From positions 30,307-94,306 of the forward strand of contig CAWGHN010000006.1 of assembly GCA_963822435.1 (NCBI GenBank): DNA of 64,000 nucleotides, given 5' to 3'. This DNA comes from an uncultured Alphaproteobacteria bacterium (GTDB taxonomy: Bacteria; Pseudomonadota; Alphaproteobacteria; Rhodobacterales; Rhodobacteraceae). Shown one piece after another: positions 27,992-36,747 of the stretch; position 1 is the stretch's first letter, and every line of letters starts with the position of its first letter. The notes beneath the pieces were generated by a model. The model saw only the letters and a list, made by a program, of their open reading frames with translations, was not told the DNA's origin and did not search any database. The position numbers and the translations under genes were made by a program.

Positions 27992-28419
27992 GCGAGCTTT
28001 CCAAGCGCCGGTTGAAGATGTGGATCAGGCTGCTGGGTGTGACGCGGGCGGCGGAGAGCCATTTGCGCGAACATCTGCGGGTGAACCACGCGACGACCTT
28101 GCCACGGTTCGACGTGATGGCGGCGCTGTGGCGGCGGCGCGAGGGCGTGACGATGAGCGAGTTGTCGCGGATGCTGCTGGTATCCAACGGCAATGCGACC
28201 ACGGTGGTGGACCGGCTGGAAGCGGACGGCTTCGTGCGGCGCACGCCGTCGGAGACGGACCGGCGCACGGTGTTCGTGGCGCTGACGCCGGAGGGGCTGG
28301 CGGAGTTCGAGGGGCTGGCGGCGGGGCATGAGGCGGAGGTGTCGAAGCTGTTTTCCGCCATCAGCGAGGCGGATCTGGACGCGATGACCGAGATCCTGAA
28401 ACGGATGGGGGCGCGATGA
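27988..28419 (+). CDS. MarR-family transcriptional regulator
   Basis: Last ~143 codons of ORF 27472-28419. GTGA overlap with the SDR stop. [51 protein letters not shown] 28018 is an alternative start. Confidence 0.8.
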   Translation: MSELSKRRLKMWIRLLGVTRAAESHLREHLRVNHATTLPRFDVMAALWRRREGVTMSELSRMLLVSNGNATTVVDRLEADGFVRRTPSETDRRTVFVALTPEGLAEFEGLAAGHEAEVSKLFSAISEADLDAMTEILKRMGAR

Positions 28420-29228
28420 GCGAGATGACAGGTTTGAAGCCGGAGCATTTCCTGTGGGAGATGCGGGGGCGGGTGGCGGTGATCCGGCTGAACCGGCCGG
28501 AGCGGAAGAACCCGCTGACGTTTGAGAGCTATGCCGAGTTGCGCGATTGCTTTCGCGGGCTGGCGTTGGCGTCGGATGTGGATGTGGTGGTTCTGGCGTC
28601 GAACGGGGGCAATTTCTGTTCGGGTGGCGATGTGCATGACATCATCGGGCCCTTGATTGGCAAGCCGATGGCGGAGTTGCTGGCCTTCACGCGGCTGACG
28701 GGGGATCTGGTCAAGGCCGTGCTGACCTGCGGCAAGCCGGTGATTGCGGCGGTGGACGGTGTGGCGGTGGGCGCGGGAGCGATCTTGGCGATGGCCGCCG
28801 ATCTGCGGCTGGCGACGCCGGAGGCGAAATGCGCCTTCCTGTTCACCCGGGTGGGGTTGGCGGGCTGCGACATGGGGGCCTGCGCGATGCTGCCAAGGAT
28901 CATCGGGCAAGGGCGAGCGGCAGAGTTGCTTTACACCGGGCGCACGATGAGCGCGGCGGAGGGCGAGCGCTGGGGATTCTGGAACGCCCTGCACGGGGCA
29001 GAGGCGCTGGAGGCGGAGGCGATGGCGCTGGCGGAGCGGCTGGCCTCGGGGCCCACGTTTGCGCATGGCGTGACCAAGACGCAGTTGTTGCAGGAGTGGG
29101 ACATGGGCGTTTTGGCCGCGATCGAGGCGGAAGCGCAGGCGCAGGCGATCTGCATGCAGACGGCGGATTTCGGTCGGGCGTATCGGGCGTTTGTGGCCAA
29201 GGAAAAACCGGTGTTTCAGGGGAACTGA
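28416..29228 (+). CDS. Enoyl-CoA hydratase/isomerase family protein
   Basis: Crotonase blocks [17 protein letters not shown] and [22 protein letters not shown] overlap with MarR. Confidence 0.9.
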   Translation: MSEMTGLKPEHFLWEMRGRVAVIRLNRPERKNPLTFESYAELRDCFRGLALASDVDVVVLASNGGNFCSGGDVHDIIGPLIGKPMAELLAFTRLTGDLVKAVLTCGKPVIAAVDGVAVGAGAILAMAADLRLATPEAKCAFLFTRVGLAGCDMGACAMLPRIIGQGRAAELLYTGRTMSAAEGERWGFWNALHGAEALEAEAMALAERLASGPTFAHGVTKTQLLQEWDMGVLAAIEAEAQAQAICMQTADFGRAYRAFVAKEKPVFQGN

Positions 29229-29247
29229 CCCCGGGGCGCTGCCCCGG

Positions 29248-29274
29248 ACCCCGGGATATTTGTGGACAGATGAA
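29248..29274 (+). repeat. 27-nt intergenic repeat ACCCCGGGATATTTGTGGACAGATGAA (copy B), preceded by hairpin CCGGGGC-GCT-GCCCCGG
   Basis: 25/27 identical to 19917-19943. Overlaps the first possible ATG (29270) of the acyl-CoA dehydrogenase gene. Confidence 0.8.
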
Positions 29275-30406
29275 CATGGCGGATGAGAGTTTCCTGAGTT
29301 GGCCGTTCTTTGAGGACCGGCATCGCGCGCTGGCCGAGGGGCTGGAGGTTTGGGCGGCGACGCATTTGCCGGTGGCGCATGGCGATGTGGACCGGGCGTG
29401 CCGGGAGTTGGTGGCGGCCTTGGGCGCGGGCGGGTGGTTGCGGCATTCGGGTGGCGAGGGCCTTGATGTGCGGACGCTGTGCCTGATCCGCGAGACGCTG
29501 GCGCGCCATGACGGGTTGGCCGATTTTGCCTTTGCGATGCAAGGGTTGGGGATGGGCGCGGTGTCACTGTTCGGGACGGCGGAGCAGCGGGCGTGGCTGG
29601 AGCGGACGCGGGCGGGGACCGCGATTGCGGGGTTTGCGCTGACCGAGCCTGCCTCGGGGTCTGACGTGGCGGCAACGTCGACGACCGCGGAGCGCGTGCA
29701 GGGCGGCTGGGTGCTGAACGGCGAGAAGACGTGGATATCGAACGGCGGCATTGCGGATGTCTATGTGATCATCGCGCGGACCGGAGAGGCGCCGGGGGCA
29801 AAGGGGTTGTCGGCCCTTCTGATGCCGGCGGATGTGGCGGGGCTGCGCGTGGAGGAGCGGCTGGAGGTGATTGCACCGCATCCGTTGGCGCGGCTCTCAT
29901 TGCGCGAGGTGCATCTGCCGGAAGGCGCGCTGATCGGGCAGGCGGGGGCGGGGTTCAAGGTGGCGATGTCGGTCCTGGACGTATTCCGATCGACCGTTGG
30001 TGCCGCCGCGCTGGGCTTTGCGCGCCGGGCGTTGGATGAGGCGTTGGCGCGGGTGAAGGCGCGGAAAATTCAAGGGCAGGCGCTGGCCGAGATGCAGATG
30101 GTGCAGGGGCATCTGGCGGATATGGCGCTGAAGGTCGATGCCGCGGCGCTGCTGGTGTATCGGGCGGCCTGGGTGAAGGATCAGGGCGCGGCGCGGGTCA
30201 GCCGTGAGGCGGCGATGGCGAAGCTGTATGCCACCGAAGCGGCGCAGGAGGTGATCGACATGGCGGTGCAACTGCATGGCGGGGATGGGGTGCGCGCGGG
30301 GTCGGTGGTGGAAAGCCTGTACCGCGAGATCAGGGCGCTTCGGATTTACGAAGGCGCGTCGGACGTGCAACGGATCGTGATCGCCCGCGCGGTGCTGGGC
30401 AGCTGA
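29270..30406 (+). CDS. Acyl-CoA dehydrogenase
   Basis: Internal part of ORF 28829-30406 starting [14 protein letters not shown] (ATG 29270 or 29276). Blocks [12 protein letters not shown] and [14 protein letters not shown]. Confidence 0.9.
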   Translation: MNMADESFLSWPFFEDRHRALAEGLEVWAATHLPVAHGDVDRACRELVAALGAGGWLRHSGGEGLDVRTLCLIRETLARHDGLADFAFAMQGLGMGAVSLFGTAEQRAWLERTRAGTAIAGFALTEPASGSDVAATSTTAERVQGGWVLNGEKTWISNGGIADVYVIIARTGEAPGAKGLSALLMPADVAGLRVEERLEVIAPHPLARLSLREVHLPEGALIGQAGAGFKVAMSVLDVFRSTVGAAALGFARRALDEALARVKARKIQGQALAEMQMVQGHLADMALKVDAAALLVYRAAWVKDQGAARVSREAAMAKLYATEAAQEVIDMAVQLHGGDGVRAGSVVESLYREIRALRIYEGASDVQRIVIARAVLGS

Positions 30407-30418
30407 GGGGAGGGTGCT

Positions 30419-30865
30419 ATGAAGCTGGACGGTGGCATTACGCGAAACGGCGCGGCCTATCATGGGCGCGAGTTGAACATCCTTGGCCAGCGGTATTTCC
30501 CGAAAGCCAGTTGCGAGGCGAGCTTTGCCTTCGAGACAAACGCGGAACCCGGTCAGTTCGTGCCGGTGCATATCCACCCGCATCAGGACGAGTTCATCCT
30601 GGTGCAGGAGGGTCAGTTGGAGTTGAAGCTGGACGGCGTCTGGCAGACGGCGAAGGCGGGCGATCTGGTGCGGATGCCGCGGGGGGTGCCGCATGGGTAT
30701 TTCAACAAGTCGGACGTGCCTTGCCGGGCGCTGTTCTGGGTATCGCCGGCGGGCAGACTGGAAGCGTTGTTCGACGTCTTGCACGCCATGACGGATGTGC
30801 CGGCGGTGATTGCAGTCTCGGCCGCGCATGACGTGGAGTTCCTGCCGCCCGAGGCGAATGAATGA
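30419..30865 (+). CDS. Cupin-domain protein
   Basis: Cupin motifs VPVHIHPHQDEFILVQEG and GDLVRMPRGVPHGY. Confidence 0.8.
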   Translation: MKLDGGITRNGAAYHGRELNILGQRYFPKASCEASFAFETNAEPGQFVPVHIHPHQDEFILVQEGQLELKLDGVWQTAKAGDLVRMPRGVPHGYFNKSDVPCRALFWVSPAGRLEALFDVLHAMTDVPAVIAVSAAHDVEFLPPEANE

Positions 30866-31275
30866 TCTACCGGCGCGTGATCCCCGTGGAGTTCAACCAC
30901 TGCGACCCGGCGGGGATCATGTTCTATCCGCGCTATTTCGAGATGACCAATTCGGTCGTGGAAAACTTCTTCCGCGAGGTGGCAGGGCGGTCTTATGCGG
31001 CGATGATGGACGCGGGCGAAGGCGTGCCGACGGCGCGGCTGGAGACCGAGTTTCACGCGCCGACGCGGCTGGGGGAGGTGCTGGACTGGCGGTTGGTGGT
31101 GACGCGGCTGGGCGGCAGTTCGGTCGGGTTCACGGTGGAGGCCTGGTGCGGGACCAGCCACCGGGTGACGGCCAAACTGGTGTTGGTGTGGGTCGAGGCG
31201 GGCGGGCGGCCGACGCCCTGGCCCGAGGCGATCAGGGGCAGGATTGCGGCGTTTCAGGAGGCGGATGATGCATGA
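30862..31275 (+). CDS. Hotdog-fold acyl-CoA thioesterase (4-hydroxybenzoyl-CoA thioesterase family)
   Basis: MIYRRVIPVEFNHCDPAGIMFYPRYFEM is typical of 4HBT-type thioesterases. ATGA overlap with the cupin gene. Confidence 0.8.
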   Translation: MIYRRVIPVEFNHCDPAGIMFYPRYFEMTNSVVENFFREVAGRSYAAMMDAGEGVPTARLETEFHAPTRLGEVLDWRLVVTRLGGSSVGFTVEAWCGTSHRVTAKLVLVWVEAGGRPTPWPEAIRGRIAAFQEADDA

Positions 31276-31672
31276 GTTCCTGCACCCCAAGGGGTGGAAG
31301 CCGGCGATCGGCTATTCCAACGGTGTCGCGGCGACGGGGCGGATGGTGTTCACCGGCGGCATGGTCGGCTGGAATGGCGACTGCGAGTTCGAGACGGATG
31401 ATTTCGTGGGGCAGGTGCGGCAGGCCTTGGCCAACATCGTGGCGGTCCTGGATTGTGCGGGGGCAAGGCCCGAACATATCGTGCGGCTGACGTGGTATGT
31501 GACGTCGAAGGCGGAGTATCTGGCGGACCTGAAGGCGCTGGGCGCGGCCTACAAGGCGACGATCGGGCGGCACTATCCGGCGATGGCCTTGGTGCAGGTG
31601 GTGGCCCTGGTTGAAGACCGGGCGAAGGTGGAGATCGAGGCGACGGCGGTGATACCGGAGGGTGAGGCATGA
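31265..31672 (+). CDS. RidA/YjgF-family enamine/imine deaminase
   Basis: GYSNGVAATGRMVFTGGMVGWN .. VKLTWYV-like block (IVRLTWYVTS) .. ALVEDRAKVEIEATAV. Overlaps the thioesterase stop. Confidence 0.85.
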   Translation: MMHEFLHPKGWKPAIGYSNGVAATGRMVFTGGMVGWNGDCEFETDDFVGQVRQALANIVAVLDCAGARPEHIVRLTWYVTSKAEYLADLKALGAAYKATIGRHYPAMALVQVVALVEDRAKVEIEATAVIPEGEA

Positions 31673-33324
31673 AACTGGGACCGACGAGACTTGGACCGAC
31701 GGGACTTGGACCGACGGGGCATGTCGATACCTTTACCCGCGACCGTCTGCCGGCGGCGGAGGATTGGCCGGAGATCAACACCTCGGCCTTTCCGTACCCT
31801 GAATGGATGAACGCGGCGGTAGAACTGACCGATGCGATGGTGGCCAAGGGGTTCGGCGACCATACCGCGCTGATCGGCAACGGGCGGCAGCGGACCTACA
31901 AGGAACTGGCCGACTGGACCAACCGGATCGCGCATGCGCTGGTCGAGGATTACGGGGTGAAGCCGGGGAACCGGGTGCTGATCCGGTCTGCGAACAACCC
32001 GGCGATGGTGGCGGCGTGGTTGGCGGCGACCAAGGCGGGGGCTGTGGTGGTGAACACCATGCCGATGCTGCGGGCGGGCGAGTTGACCGCGATCATCGAC
32101 AAGGCCGAGGTCAGCCACGCGCTGTGCGATACGCGGTTGATGGAAGATCTGGTGGCGGCGGCGAAGGGCTCGGCTTTTCTGAAGACAGTTGTCGGGTTTG
32201 ACGGGACGGCGAACCACGATGCGGAACTGGACCGGGTGGCCCTGCGCAAATCGGTGCGGTTTCAGGGGCCGAAGGTCGGGCGGGACGATGTGGCGCTGCT
32301 GGGGTTCACCAGCGGCACGACGGGTGAGCCGAAAGCGACGATGCATTTTCACCGCGATCTTCTGATCATCGCAGACGGCTACGCGCGGGAGGTGTTGCAG
32401 GTGGTGCCGGAGGACGTGTTCGTAGGCTCGCCTCCGTTGGCATTTACCTTCGGGCTGGGCGGGCTGGCGGTATTTCCGCTGCGGTTCGGCGCGGCGGCGG
32501 CGTTGTTGGAACAGGCGAGCCCGCCGAACATGATTTCGATCATTCAGGAGCATAGGGCGACGGTGTGCTTTACCGCGCCGACCGCCTACCGGGTGATGCT
32601 GAAGGCGATGGAGGAAGGGGCGGACCTGTCCAGTTTGCGGGCGGCGGTGAGTGCGGGGGAAACCCTGCCCGCGCCGGTATATGACGAGTGGATCGCCAGA
32701 ACCGGCAAGCCGATGCTGGACGGGATCGGCGCGACCGAGATGCTGCACATCTTTCTGACCAACCGGTTCAGCGACCATCGGCCCGCCTGCACGGGGCGGC
32801 CCGTGGCGGGGTATGAGGCGAAGATCGTCGGCGAGGACATGAAAGAATTGCCGCGCGGCGAGGTGGGACGGCTGGCTGTGCGGGGGCCGACGGGGTGCCG
32901 GTATCTGGCAGACGACCGGCAGCGGAGATATGTGCGGGATGGCTGGAACCTGACGGGCGACAGTTTCTGGCAGGACGACGAGGGCCGCTTCCACTTTGCC
33001 GCACGGTCGGACGACATGATCATTTCGGCGGGCTACAACATCGCGGGGCCGGAGGTGGAGGCGGCACTTCTGTCGTATCCGGCGGTGCTGGAGTGCGCGG
33101 TGGTCGGGGTGAAGGACGAGGATCGCGGCCAGATCGTCGAGGCGCATGTGGTGCTGGCGGCGGGGTTTGCGGGTGACGCGCTGATGGTCAAGCTGCTGCA
33201 AGATCACGCGAAATCGGTGATTGCCCCTTACAAATATCCGCGCCGTGTGGTTTTTGTGGACGCGTTGCCGAAAACCCAGACCGGCAAGATTCAGCGGTTC
33301 AGGCTTTCCGAAGGGCGCAGGTAG
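31669..33324 (+). CDS. AMP-forming aryl-CoA ligase (2-aminobenzoate/benzoate-CoA ligase family)
   Basis: HVDTFTRDRLPAAEDWPE N-terminal block and AMP motif GFTSGTTGEPKATMH. C-terminal PKTQTGKIQRF. ATGA overlap with ridA. Confidence 0.85.
   Translation: MKLGPTRLGPTGLGPTGHVDTFTRDRLPAAEDWPEINTSAFPYPEWMNAAVELTDAMVAKGFGDHTALIGNGRQRTYKELADWTNRIAHALVEDYGVKPGNRVLIRSANNPAMVAAWLAATKAGAVVVNTMPMLRAGELTAIIDKAEVSHALCDTRLMEDLVAAAKGSAFLKTVVGFDGTANHDAELDRVALRKSVRFQGPKVGRDDVALLGFTSGTTGEPKATMHFHRDLLIIADGYAREVLQVVPEDVFVGSPPLAFTFGLGGLAVFPLRFGAAAALLEQASPPNMISIIQEHRATVCFTAPTAYRVMLKAMEEGADLSSLRAAVSAGETLPAPVYDEWIARTGKPMLDGIGATEMLHIFLTNRFSDHRPACTGRPVAGYEAKIVGEDMKELPRGEVGRLAVRGPTGCRYLADDRQRRYVRDGWNLTGDSFWQDDEGRFHFAARSDDMIISAGYNIAGPEVEAALLSYPAVLECAVVGVKDEDRGQIVEAHVVLAAGFAGDALMVKLLQDHAKSVIAPYKYPRRVVFVDALPKTQTGKIQRFRLSEGRR
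31675..31719 (+). repeat. In-frame tandem repeat, 15 nt x 3 (encodes LGPTR-LGPTG-LGPTG) at the 5' end of the ligase gene
   Basis: ctgggaccgacgaga / cttggaccgacggga / cttggaccgacgggg, read directly. Confidence 0.85.
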
Positions 33325-33410
33325 CGGCGCGGTTCGGGCGCCGGGTGCGATTACCCCTTGCCTCGGTGGGCGAGTTACCGCTTTGTCCCTTGGTCGGAAA
33401 AGGAAGACCC

Positions 33411-34232
33411 ATGCCTCCCCAACGCCTGCGATTGAACGACGGCCACATGATCCCGCAGATCGGGCTTGGGATCTGGCAGGTGCCGGAAGCAACGACGGCG
33501 GACACCGTCGCTGCGGCGCTGCGGATGGGGTATCGGCTGATCGACGGCGCGGCGATTTACGGCAACGAGGCAGGTCTGGGCGAGGGCGTGCGCGCCAGCG
33601 GCGTGCCGCGTGACGAGATTTTCGTGACGACGAAGGTGTGGAACAGCGAACAAGGCCATGATGCGACCTTGCGCGCGGTGGAAGCCAGTCTGAAGCGGCT
33701 GGGCATGGACAGCGTGGAGTTGTGCCTAATCCACTGGCCGGTGCCGGACCGGAACCTTTACGTCGACACATGGCGCGCGCTGATCCGTCTGAAGGAGGAA
33801 GGACGCGTGCGGTCGATCGGGGTTTCCAACTTCATGGGCGACCATCTGGAGCGGATCATCGGCGAGACCGGGACTGTGCCGGTGGTCAACCAGATCGAAT
33901 TGAACCCACGCCTGCAGCAGGCGGAGCTGCGTGACCTGCATGACCGGCTGGGCGTGGTGACGCAAAGCTGGACGCCTCTGGGGCAAGGCCGCAGCTTCGA
34001 TGCGGCCCCGGTGCGCGAGGCGGCGGAGCGGACCGGGAAAAGCCCGGCGCAGGTGATCTTGCGCTGGCATGTGCAACTGGGGGTATCGGTGATCCCCCGA
34101 TCCACGCGGATCGAGGGGCTGTCGGAAAACCTGGACATCTTCGATTTTGCGCTGACCGCTGAGGAGATGGCCGCGATGGCTGGGCTGAACGATAACCAAC
34201 GCTGCGGGCCAGACCCGCTGACCTTCGCTTGA
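33411..34232 (+). CDS. Aldo/keto reductase (DkgA-like)
   Basis: MPPQRLRLNDGHMIPQIGLGIWQV start with AAAGGAAG SD. Blocks IDGAAIYGNE and LIHWP. Confidence 0.9.
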   Translation: MPPQRLRLNDGHMIPQIGLGIWQVPEATTADTVAAALRMGYRLIDGAAIYGNEAGLGEGVRASGVPRDEIFVTTKVWNSEQGHDATLRAVEASLKRLGMDSVELCLIHWPVPDRNLYVDTWRALIRLKEEGRVRSIGVSNFMGDHLERIIGETGTVPVVNQIELNPRLQQAELRDLHDRLGVVTQSWTPLGQGRSFDAAPVREAAERTGKSPAQVILRWHVQLGVSVIPRSTRIEGLSENLDIFDFALTAEEMAAMAGLNDNQRCGPDPLTFA

Positions 34233-34240
34233 GGCGCGGG

Positions 34241-34882
34241 ATGGCGCTGGTTCCCGAACTTTGCCTGACAGACCCTGAGGCCGGGATTGCGATGTTGCAG
34301 CGCGTGTTCGGCTTTGCCGCCCACGGCAGCACCCTGACCTTGGGATCACAGACCCTGCGGGTCCGAAAGGCCGACACGGCACCGGCGCACGGGCGGATCG
34401 ACCACGTCGCACTTGCGGTGCCGGAGATCGACGCGGCCCTTGCGCGGCTGCTGGCCGCGGGCGCGACCCTGGACCCTGCGGTCACGCCGGACGGTGTGGG
34501 CAAGATCGCGGAGTTCTGGGGCGAGGGTATCCGCTACGTCTATCTGCAAGGCCCCGAGGCCGCGCGGATCGAGCTTTGCCAGCGCAACGCAGGGGCTGTG
34601 ACCGAGGCGGGGCATGACCACATCGGGATTCCGTGCCGCGATCTTGTGTCCACGCAGCGGTTCTTTGAAGATCAGGGTGCAAGGCTGATTGCCTCGGTCG
34701 ATCTGCCGCGGGCGGGTGGAGCGGTGCCGGTGCGGTTTCTGGATTATGCCGGAGGAATGATCGAGCTGTACGCCCCACCGGGAGCGGAGCCACGCGAGCC
34801 GGGCCTGTGGTCGCGGCTGCTGGTAGGGGGGCTGGACGGCGTGCGGATCGGCCCGGACGGCCTGATCCTCGCGCCGCTCTGA
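34241..34882 (+). CDS. VOC (glyoxalase/bleomycin-resistance/dioxygenase) family protein
   Basis: Two VOC-like halves (IDHVALAVPEID.., HDHIGIPCRDL..). ATG 34241 preferred over TTG 34229. Confidence 0.7.
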   Translation: MALVPELCLTDPEAGIAMLQRVFGFAAHGSTLTLGSQTLRVRKADTAPAHGRIDHVALAVPEIDAALARLLAAGATLDPAVTPDGVGKIAEFWGEGIRYVYLQGPEAARIELCQRNAGAVTEAGHDHIGIPCRDLVSTQRFFEDQGARLIASVDLPRAGGAVPVRFLDYAGGMIELYAPPGAEPREPGLWSRLLVGGLDGVRIGPDGLILAPL

Positions 34883-34898
34883 CCGCGGCGGGCTTTTC
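34872..34898 (+). terminator. Terminator candidate overlapping the VOC stop codon
   Basis: CGCCGC (34872-34877) pairs with GCGGCG (34885-34890), followed by GGCTTTTC. Confidence 0.4.
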
Positions 34899-34927
34899 AC
34901 AGACCCTGCGGCAGGCTAAGCCAGATC

Positions 34928-36007
34928 ATGCGTGAGACGCTGACCGAGATTTACGAGGCACGAGTGGCGGCGGGGGTGTTGCGCCCCGATCCGGCACAAC
35001 ATGCGGTGATGGCGCGGCTGGAACCCCTGCGCGCGTGGCTGGAGGCGAACGCGACCCGCAAGGTCGGCCTGTTTGCCGGGCTGTTCGCCAAGCCGCTGAC
35101 ACCACCAAAGGGCATGTATCTGTGGGGCGGGGTCGGGCGCGGCAAGTCGATGCTGATGGACCTGTTCACCGAAGCGACGGTCTCGTCGCAAAAGCGGCGG
35201 GTGCATTTCCATGCCTTCATGCAGGACGTGCATCGGGGGATGCACGCGGCGCGGCAGCGGGGTGTCGAAGACCCGCTGGCCCCGGTGGCCGATCAGGTGA
35301 TCCGCGAGGTGCGGCTTCTGGCGTTCGATGAAATGCAGATCACCGACATCACCGATGCGATGATCGTGGGGCGGCTGTTTGAAAAGCTGTTCGCCGCCGG
35401 GATCGTGATCGTCACGACCTCGAACCGCCCGCCGCAGGACCTGTACAAGGACGGGCTGAACCGGGGGATTTTCCTGCCGTTCATCGCCATGCTGGAGGAT
35501 CGTCTGGAGGTGGTGGAACTGGAAAGCCCGACCGACTACCGCCAGCACCGGCTGGAGGGCGCGCAGGTCTATTTCCACCCGGCTCGCACGGCGGGCGACA
35601 GGATGACCGCGATCTGGGCCGACCTGACCGGGGGCGCGGGCGGCGAGCCTTTGGTTCTGACGGTGAATGGCCGGAGGGTAGAACTGACGCGTTTTGCCAA
35701 TGGCGTGGCGCGGGCCAGTTTCTGGGAGCTATGTGCCAAACCCTTGGGCCCGGCGGATTTTCTGGCGATTGCGGCGGCGGTGCGGGTGCTGATCCTTGAG
35801 GATATCCCGCATCTGTCGGCGGCGAACTACAACGAGGCGAAGCGGTTCGTGACACTGATCGACGCGCTTTACGAGGCGAAGGTCAGGCTTGTCGCCTCGG
35901 CCGCCGATGTGCCGGAGCGACTGTATATCGAAGGCGAAGGCTCGTTTGAATTCGAGCGCACCGCCAGCCGCCTGCGCGAGATGCAAGCGGCTGGATGGGG
36001 CGCCTAG
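34928..36007 (+). CDS. zapE: Cell division protein ZapE (AFG1-like ATPase)
   Basis: Walker A LWGGVGRGKSMLMD and Walker B LLAFDEMQITD. Typical 359-aa ZapE layout. Confidence 0.9.
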   Translation: MRETLTEIYEARVAAGVLRPDPAQHAVMARLEPLRAWLEANATRKVGLFAGLFAKPLTPPKGMYLWGGVGRGKSMLMDLFTEATVSSQKRRVHFHAFMQDVHRGMHAARQRGVEDPLAPVADQVIREVRLLAFDEMQITDITDAMIVGRLFEKLFAAGIVIVTTSNRPPQDLYKDGLNRGIFLPFIAMLEDRLEVVELESPTDYRQHRLEGAQVYFHPARTAGDRMTAIWADLTGGAGGEPLVLTVNGRRVELTRFANGVARASFWELCAKPLGPADFLAIAAAVRVLILEDIPHLSAANYNEAKRFVTLIDALYEAKVRLVASAADVPERLYIEGEGSFEFERTASRLREMQAAGWGA

Positions 36008-36672
36008 TCGAGCGCGCGGCCCGCAGGCACGGCCCGTTTCGACGCACCGGCTGCCAGCGTATCGGCAAAGCCGTGGTTCACGTCGCGGTGCTTTGCCTCG
36101 TCCGCCCGCACGGCGATGATGACGTCGCGCAGGCGGGCGTTGGGGGCGAGGTGCCAGTAGTCGATCGCGATCTTCGGCGCGGGCACGTTTTCGACGGAAC
36201 CGTTGTCAACCTGTTCGAGGTAGCCGGTGTAGCTGACCACGGCCTCCTCCTCCAGATAGCCGACGACGCGGTGCGCCGTCTTGGGCGCGAAGAGGTAGAG
36301 GAAGAAGTAGGTGTTGAAGAACACCGCCTGCCCCCCCATGATCAGCGCCCGCTCAAAGAGCGAGGGTTTGGCGATGTTGATGAAGGTCATCAGGTGCATC
36401 CGCTCGTTCTCGGCCTCGTCCAGCAGTTCGCGGATCCAGCCTTCGTCCTCGCGGATGTGGCGCAGCGATTTCAGGTGCTGAAGAAGGCCACCGACCATGC
36501 CCGGCACGGCGGCCACGGTTTCCAGCACGACGGCGCGGTGGCCGTAGCGTTTGGAAAAGAAGGCGTCGGCAAAGACGCGCATGAACTTGACAATGCCAAG
36601 CGCGATGCGGTCGGAAACCCCGTCGGGGGCCTTGTGGCGATCAAGCGGGCTGGCGTGCGAAGTGTCGGACAT
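36004..36672 (-). CDS. aox: Alternative oxidase (cyanide-insensitive ubiquinol oxidase, diiron carboxylate)
   Basis: All four AOX iron-ligand blocks are present: VVLETVAAVPG, EAENERMHL, VGYLEEEAV, RADEAKHRDVNH. Start MSDTSHASP with AAAGGAAA SD. Confidence 0.85.
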   Translation of the reverse strand: MSDTSHASPLDRHKAPDGVSDRIALGIVKFMRVFADAFFSKRYGHRAVVLETVAAVPGMVGGLLQHLKSLRHIREDEGWIRELLDEAENERMHLMTFINIAKPSLFERALIMGGQAVFFNTYFFLYLFAPKTAHRVVGYLEEEAVVSYTGYLEQVDNGSVENVPAPKIAIDYWHLAPNARLRDVIIAVRADEAKHRDVNHGFADTLAAGASKRAVPAGRALD

Positions 36673-36747
36673 GTGGTTTCCTTTCCCGCCTGAGATAGGC
36701 AAGCGGACCGCGCCTGCAATCGGGTGCGACACTTTGCATGTGCAGCG

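Noticed and set aside
27472-28419. 315-aa ORF overlapping the SDR gene
   Set aside because: Only the last ~143 codons form a MarR-like winged helix. The upstream part overlaps the SDR gene in another frame and is G/A/R-rich.
31675-31719. CRISPR-like arrays (this and the tandem repeats at 10829 and 51264)
   Set aside because: The units are only 11-15 nt, directly adjacent without spacers, limited to three copies, and two of the sites lie inside coding sequence. No cas genes are present in the window.
31573-33771. 732-aa minus-strand ORF
   Set aside because: It is antisense to the aryl-CoA ligase gene, which has the AMP-binding signature. No motifs, arginine/proline-rich.
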